Below are positions 27,384 to 32,000 of a stretch of DNA of 32,000 bases, in pieces (the first letter of the stretch is position 1; every line of letters begins with the position of its first letter). The DNA is from Candidatus Heimdallarchaeota archaeon. GTDB lineage: Archaea > Asgardarchaeota > Heimdallarchaeia > Heimdallarchaeales > Kariarchaeaceae. Location of the stretch: positions 330,001-362,000 of the forward strand of contig JASBSB010000003.1 in assembly GCA_030149205.1 (NCBI GenBank), read 5' to 3'. The position numbers were made by a program, and so were the translations under genes. The notes beneath the pieces were generated by a model. The model did no database searches. It was given only the letters and a program-made list of their open reading frames with translations, and was not told where the DNA came from.

Positions 27384-29048
27384 ATGAATGGTAGGACTGC
27401 TATGAACATCCCCGCCAAGTATAATACATTAGTAAATCGTTATTTGAAAAGGAATCCAACAGAGGCTCATTCTTTGGGAATTCATCAATTTGATGGTAAA
27501 CTGCCAAAATATGATCCAATGTCGATACAAACAATGCTTGAAGAAATTCAAGAAGATATTACTTACCTAATTCAATTCGAGAAAAGAGGTTTTGAGAATA
27601 AAGCTGAAGAGCTGGAACATTCAGTATTAATGATGAGACTCACTTCTGAACAATATCAATTAAAAGAATTAGAGTCATTCAAGGAAGAACCTCTCAGTTA
27701 CCTGTTTCCGTTGACATTGATTGAAACTTCATATGTTCCTAGAAATTTTGCCAGTAGAGACATTAGAATTCAATCAATCATTCAAATTGAAAATGAGATC
27801 CCAAACTATCTACAAACTGCTGTAAGCAACTTAAACGATATCTTAGCTAAACCTAAAATCTTGATGGCAATAAACTTTTTGGGTGGTATTATTTCATTTC
27901 TGGAGGATAAATTAATCGGGTTTATGGTTCAATCAGAAAACGAGACCCTTATTCAAGAATGGTCAACAGCCAATGTTAAAGCAGTTAATGCTCTCAAGAC
28001 ATTTGAAGAGACGTTAAGGTCTGAATTTCTTCCTCACTCTAAAGAAGACTTCGCTCTGGGAGTTGATAAATTCTTGTCACTACTCAAATATACTGAGTTT
28101 ATCGACCTAGATTTTGATACTTTACTCAAAGTTGGACAGCAGGATTTACAGACTAATTTTAGTGAACTTCAGGAAATCCTTGATTCAAATGGTGGCACAG
28201 AGTTTCTAAGGCAAGTACTTTCAGAGACTCCGAATTCTCAAGAATTGATAGAGTGGGCAAGAGATGCTCTTTCCAGGACAAGGGAGTTCCTTTTGGATGA
28301 AAAGATAGTCAGTTTGCCTACTAAAAAACAATGTGAGATTATCGAAACGCCTAACTTCGCACGTAAATTTGCCTTTGCTGCTATGTCAGTCCCTGGTCCA
28401 TTTGAACCAAAAGAGGCATCTCAATCATATTATTGGATTACTCCAGCTGACCTAAATCTACCGGAAGAAAAACAGAGAGAGTTTCTCAGTATATTCGCAA
28501 AATCTTCATTAGAAGTTATTACGATCCATGAGGTTTGGCCTGGACACTACTTACAGCTACTGAAAAGTAATAATACGGATTCAGATATTATTAAAATTTT
28601 TTCAAGGTCAATAACAATGATTGAAGGTTATGCTCATTACTGTGAAGAAATGATATTAGAAGAGGGTTATGAACCCTTTGACAGAATTAAGCTCAAAGTA
28701 GGTCAACTTTTAGCAGCACTATTGAGGAACTGTAGATACATTGCAGCTTTAAAGATGCATTCAGGCCAGATGAGTGTTTCTGAAGCAAAAACCCTGTTCA
28801 CTACTAAAGCCTTTCTAAATGAGCAGAGTGCAGAAATCGAAGCGAATAGAGGGACCGTAAATCCCATGTATCTAAATTACACTTTGGGCAAGTTACTGAT
28901 AAAGCGTTTAAGATCTGATTACAAAACTGAACAGGGGGAAAACTTTAACTTAAAGAGCTTCCATGATACCTTACTGAGCTATGGTAGCCCACCAATTGTT
29001 GCATTAAGAAAATTAATGCTTAAGAATCCAGGTGAAAGAATAATTTAA
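27384..29048 (+). CDS. DUF885 family protein (zincin-like metallopeptidase fold)
   Basis: NPTEAHSLGIH, TIHEVWPGHYLQ, EGYAHYCE, NYTLGKLLI, FHDTLLSYGSPP. The likely start is ATG 27402. Confidence 0.88.
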   Translation: MNGRTAMNIPAKYNTLVNRYLKRNPTEAHSLGIHQFDGKLPKYDPMSIQTMLEEIQEDITYLIQFEKRGFENKAEELEHSVLMMRLTSEQYQLKELESFKEEPLSYLFPLTLIETSYVPRNFASRDIRIQSIIQIENEIPNYLQTAVSNLNDILAKPKILMAINFLGGIISFLEDKLIGFMVQSENETLIQEWSTANVKAVNALKTFEETLRSEFLPHSKEDFALGVDKFLSLLKYTEFIDLDFDTLLKVGQQDLQTNFSELQEILDSNGGTEFLRQVLSETPNSQELIEWARDALSRTREFLLDEKIVSLPTKKQCEIIETPNFARKFAFAAMSVPGPFEPKEASQSYYWITPADLNLPEEKQREFLSIFAKSSLEVITIHEVWPGHYLQLLKSNNTDSDIIKIFSRSITMIEGYAHYCEEMILEEGYEPFDRIKLKVGQLLAALLRNCRYIAALKMHSGQMSVSEAKTLFTTKAFLNEQSAEIEANRGTVNPMYLNYTLGKLLIKRLRSDYKTEQGENFNLKSFHDTLLSYGSPPIVALRKLMLKNPGERII

Positions 29049-29060
29049 AAGAACCTAGAT

Positions 29061-30014
29061 TCAATTCCTATCTACCTTTTGATCTTCAGAGGCAATATTT
29101 TTGATTTGGTTTAGGACCGCAAATTTCACTCCCTCGAGTGTTTCAAGGTTTATACTTTGAGCATCTGGAATGACTTCTTTTATTAATGGAGTGATGGAAG
29201 TGAGTTTAGAGACCGGAGGAAACATAATGAAATCATCATTTGAAACAAAAATGCAAAGTTGAAAATAACCTTCTTTTAATCTTTCATCAACTGCATCGGG
29301 GTCATCAAGTTTAAAACTAAACACAATGACATTGTATCTCTTAGAAGGCCCCGCTGGTAAAATGAAGCAAGATTCATGATAAATGTGTCCTTGGCCTGTT
29401 AATATTAGATATTCTATCGCAAGCTTACTTAACAGATGGTCTACGGGTATATCTAAAGTATCATCCTCCAAATTTTCAAAGTCCCAAATTAATGCTGTAG
29501 GTCCATTTGTTGAAAGTTGAAATACTGCAGAGGGATATTTCCCAGGATAGAAGACTTTTGCTAGTTTGTTGAGTTTCTTTCGGCTTGCTTTTACCCCTAA
29601 AATTGCTCTACCAAGTACAGTTGTAAAGTCTTTGATGAAAAATTTACCTCTGTAAACCATTAAATCTACACCATAATCCAACCATCTAAGAATCTCTCTG
29701 ATATTTTCATCTCCAACAATTAGAATGATCTGTGTATATGGATAGTTACTTCTTATATACGGTCCCAGCTCTTTGAAATTTAGGTGTCCTGTTCCTTTGT
29801 CAATTATGAACAAGTCAGGATTGTAAATCGCAAAATTTCGTTCAATCTCTTTTTGATCCAAATTCGTTAGAGAATGAAATGAAACCTCATAACCCCATTC
29901 TTTCAGAGTCTCAGTTGTTAAACTTTGATATGGTATGCTTGGACTATCTGTAGATTTAGCACTTAAGACAGTCAATTTTTCCTTCTCAATATCCAACTGT
30001 GTACCCTCTAGCAA
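29061..30014 (-). CDS. Atypical receiver (REC)-like domain fused to a C-terminal longin/uDENN-like domain
   Basis: PDLFIID, TQIILIVG and GVDLMVYRG (REC-like); C-terminal AVFQLSTNGP...FILP...VFSFKLDDPDAVDERLKEGYFQLCIFV. TTG start. Confidence 0.65.
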   Translation of the reverse strand: MLEGTQLDIEKEKLTVLSAKSTDSPSIPYQSLTTETLKEWGYEVSFHSLTNLDQKEIERNFAIYNPDLFIIDKGTGHLNFKELGPYIRSNYPYTQIILIVGDENIREILRWLDYGVDLMVYRGKFFIKDFTTVLGRAILGVKASRKKLNKLAKVFYPGKYPSAVFQLSTNGPTALIWDFENLEDDTLDIPVDHLLSKLAIEYLILTGQGHIYHESCFILPAGPSKRYNVIVFSFKLDDPDAVDERLKEGYFQLCIFVSNDDFIMFPPVSKLTSITPLIKEVIPDAQSINLETLEGVKFAVLNQIKNIASEDQKVDRN

Positions 30015-30147
30015 AACATATATCTTACAATCTCTAATAAAGGTTATTTAACAACTTAAGAATAAGCTCAGAAAACATTTAATATAATTTCTCAACTATA
30101 ATTAAATTTAACTAATATTTCGAGAGTTTAACTTAGTTAGAGAGTAA

Positions 30148-30804
30148 ATGAATCAAAGTGAAATACACCCAGAATTTAAAGTAGAGCGTTATATACAACC
30201 TACTGACTATAGTGCAATGTTAGAAAAGCAGTTATTGATTTGGGAAAGAGTTAAGAGAACTTCAGATACCTCAGTGATTATCAATACCCATAAACCAACA
30301 ATCACTCTCGGTAGAAGAACCGATCCCTCTCATATACTATTAACTAAAGATGAATTGAAAAAGAAAGGAATAGATTTGGTTAAAGTTCAAAGAGGGGGAT
30401 CAGTGACTTACCATGGTCCAGGTCAGCTTGTAATATATATTATAGCAAAAGTTTCAAGATATGGAGGGACAAGAAAATTTGTAGAAAAGAGTATCGGATT
30501 AATGCAGAAAATAGCATCAAACTATTCTGTGGATACAGTAGTAAACACTGAGATGCCTGGATTATGGACGACAGATGAGAATCCAAGAAAATTGGGTGCA
30601 ATTGGGTTTCAAATAAAAGGGGGGGTCTCATTACATGGCATTGCTTTAAACATTGATAACTCTTTGATACCTTTCCAATATATTGTTCCATGTGGATTGA
30701 CTCTTCCAGTCACATCATTACAGATAGAATCTCCTGTTAACCCTAGTTATGAGATAGTGGCAAATTGGGTATATGAGAATTTTTCTTCAATCTTTTCCCA
30801 TTAG
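30148..30804 (+). CDS. lipB: Lipoyl(octanoyl) transferase LipB
   Basis: HKPTITLGR, RGGSVTYHGPGQLVIY, RKLGAIG, SLHGIALN, IVPCGL (catalytic Lys and Cys present). Confidence 0.93.
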   Translation: MNQSEIHPEFKVERYIQPTDYSAMLEKQLLIWERVKRTSDTSVIINTHKPTITLGRRTDPSHILLTKDELKKKGIDLVKVQRGGSVTYHGPGQLVIYIIAKVSRYGGTRKFVEKSIGLMQKIASNYSVDTVVNTEMPGLWTTDENPRKLGAIGFQIKGGVSLHGIALNIDNSLIPFQYIVPCGLTLPVTSLQIESPVNPSYEIVANWVYENFSSIFSH

Positions 30805-31689
30805 GTGCATTATAGATTTTTCATCCATAATTTGATCTTGAAAACTCTCTGAGGAATTTAATAAGTAAAATTCTACTATATCAAAAATTAAATCTGGTCT
30901 TTCGGATACAATAGTATGTCTTGTGTCTTTCAAAATTATTAAACCAGAATTGGGGAGATGTTCAAATAATTCGATTGAATCTTCAATGGGAATAACTTTA
31001 TCTTGATCCGCAGAAATTATTAAAACAGGAGTTGAAATTGATTTTGGATCTACAGAAAAGGTTGATAGTGTCTCCTCAACTATTTTTCTTTGTATTTCAA
31101 TGGGGCTTGAGTTTATTGTATCTACAAATCTTTGAATAAGTCTAGAGAGATTATAATCAAAAATAAAACGACTTGAATGGTTTAACAAGTTAAGAACACC
31201 TCTTAGTAAGGTATCATTTGATATCTTAGACATGCCTTTAAACCAAAGCGGTAGATTAAATCTAGAAGTTGGTGAGACTAATACAGCACAGTCCACATGG
31301 TTTTTATAAATTTCAAGAAATTTCAACCCAATTGCAGATGAAAGTGAGCTAGTTACCAAGATTATTTTGTATGCTGACCCAAAATAATTTAAAAATATTT
31401 GATGAATATCGTTTGCAAAGTTGCTACTATTCCAATTTGTGTCTAACGGTGCGTCGGAACTTCCATGACCTCTTAAATTGATTGCAAATACATTATAAGC
31501 ATCAGAAAACCTCTTAAATGCATCAACATACTCTTCAGTTGATCCCAGCCACCCATGTAAAAAAACGATGTTTTCTTTCTTTAGGTCTATCTCAGTTCTC
31601 GAAAGGTTCAGTAAAAAATAATTTCCAGTATCATACTCCTGTAAATCATTTGAGGACTTGAGAATTGGAACTAAACTATTTATCAGCAA
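30787..31689 (-). CDS. Alpha/beta fold hydrolase with atypical nucleophile elbow
   Basis: IVFLHGW, NLRGHGSS, elbow LVTSSLSS, acid ADQDKVIP, His TRHT. TTG start; overlaps the lipB 3' end by 18 nt. Confidence 0.85.
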   Translation of the reverse strand: MLINSLVPILKSSNDLQEYDTGNYFLLNLSRTEIDLKKENIVFLHGWLGSTEEYVDAFKRFSDAYNVFAINLRGHGSSDAPLDTNWNSSNFANDIHQIFLNYFGSAYKIILVTSSLSSAIGLKFLEIYKNHVDCAVLVSPTSRFNLPLWFKGMSKISNDTLLRGVLNLLNHSSRFIFDYNLSRLIQRFVDTINSSPIEIQRKIVEETLSTFSVDPKSISTPVLIISADQDKVIPIEDSIELFEHLPNSGLIILKDTRHTIVSERPDLIFDIVEFYLLNSSESFQDQIMDEKSIMHLMGKD

Positions 31690-31935
31690 TTTTTGTCACC
31701 AGATTCCATTGATCTTTAACCATATTATTCTATGGTGAAAGAATAATGTAATATAATATTAGTAAATCTCATTAATAAACCATTTCTTTTGAAAAGAGTG
31801 TTGAGAATAGATAGGTCTCAAAGTAATACTGTGAGGAAGATACGCTTAGGCTTAAATCCTCTTATTTCCGCTGTATCTAACCAAATAACTTTAAATATAG
31901 TTCATAGAGAAAGTTCGTAGGAAAGAGGAAATTTA

Positions 31936-32000
31936 ATGGTAGATGTATTTGCAATAGCGACACAAAGGCCAGTTACCTGTAAACCAACTGAGACCCTTGG
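31936..32000 (+). CDS. 5' end of a gene running off the right edge, possibly a CBS-domain protein (MVDVFAIATQRPVTCKPTETL...)
   Basis: ATG at 31936 with GAGGA SD upstream. PVTCKPTETL resembles the start of a CBS domain; only 21 codons are visible. Confidence 0.45.
   Translation, partial: MVDVFAIATQRPVTCKPTETL

Noticed and set aside
30109-30139. TAACTAA/TTAGTTA inverted repeat upstream of lipB
   Set aside because: Only 7 bp, almost all A/T, with a 17-nt spacer; within chance expectation.

Overview
AT-rich, gene-dense archaeal chromosomal window. Archaeal markers are TiaS, a stand-alone Bud32, an XPD/Rad3 helicase, an intron-containing tRNA-Arg(UCG), a PGF-CTERM sorting signal and TATA boxes about 22-25 nt before many start codons. 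Bacterial-type AcnA and LipB, a membrane-anchored HEAT solenoid and a receiver domain fused to a longin/uDENN-like domain suggest an Asgard archaeon, possibly Heimdallarchaeia (inference only). Most genes are housekeeping or metabolic, plus a five-gene MoxR/DUF58 operon. I found no transposase, integrase, CRISPR array or rRNA. The best leads are: (1) an 80-bp element with perfect 14-bp inverted ends at 17041-17120, either an IS630-type MITE or a structured RNA; (2) a two-domain FakA-like fatty-acid kinase right after tiaS; (3) a stand-alone PKS-type C-methyltransferase; (4) a candidate surface-sensing module of a PGF-CTERM protein, a membrane-tethered double-wHTH regulator and a palindromic operator; (5) a pseudo-receiver/longin-like fusion; (6) a ~10-TM plus HEAT-repeat protein; (7) two small ORFs missed by the ORF track. 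All family calls come from motif recognition by eye; no database searches were run.
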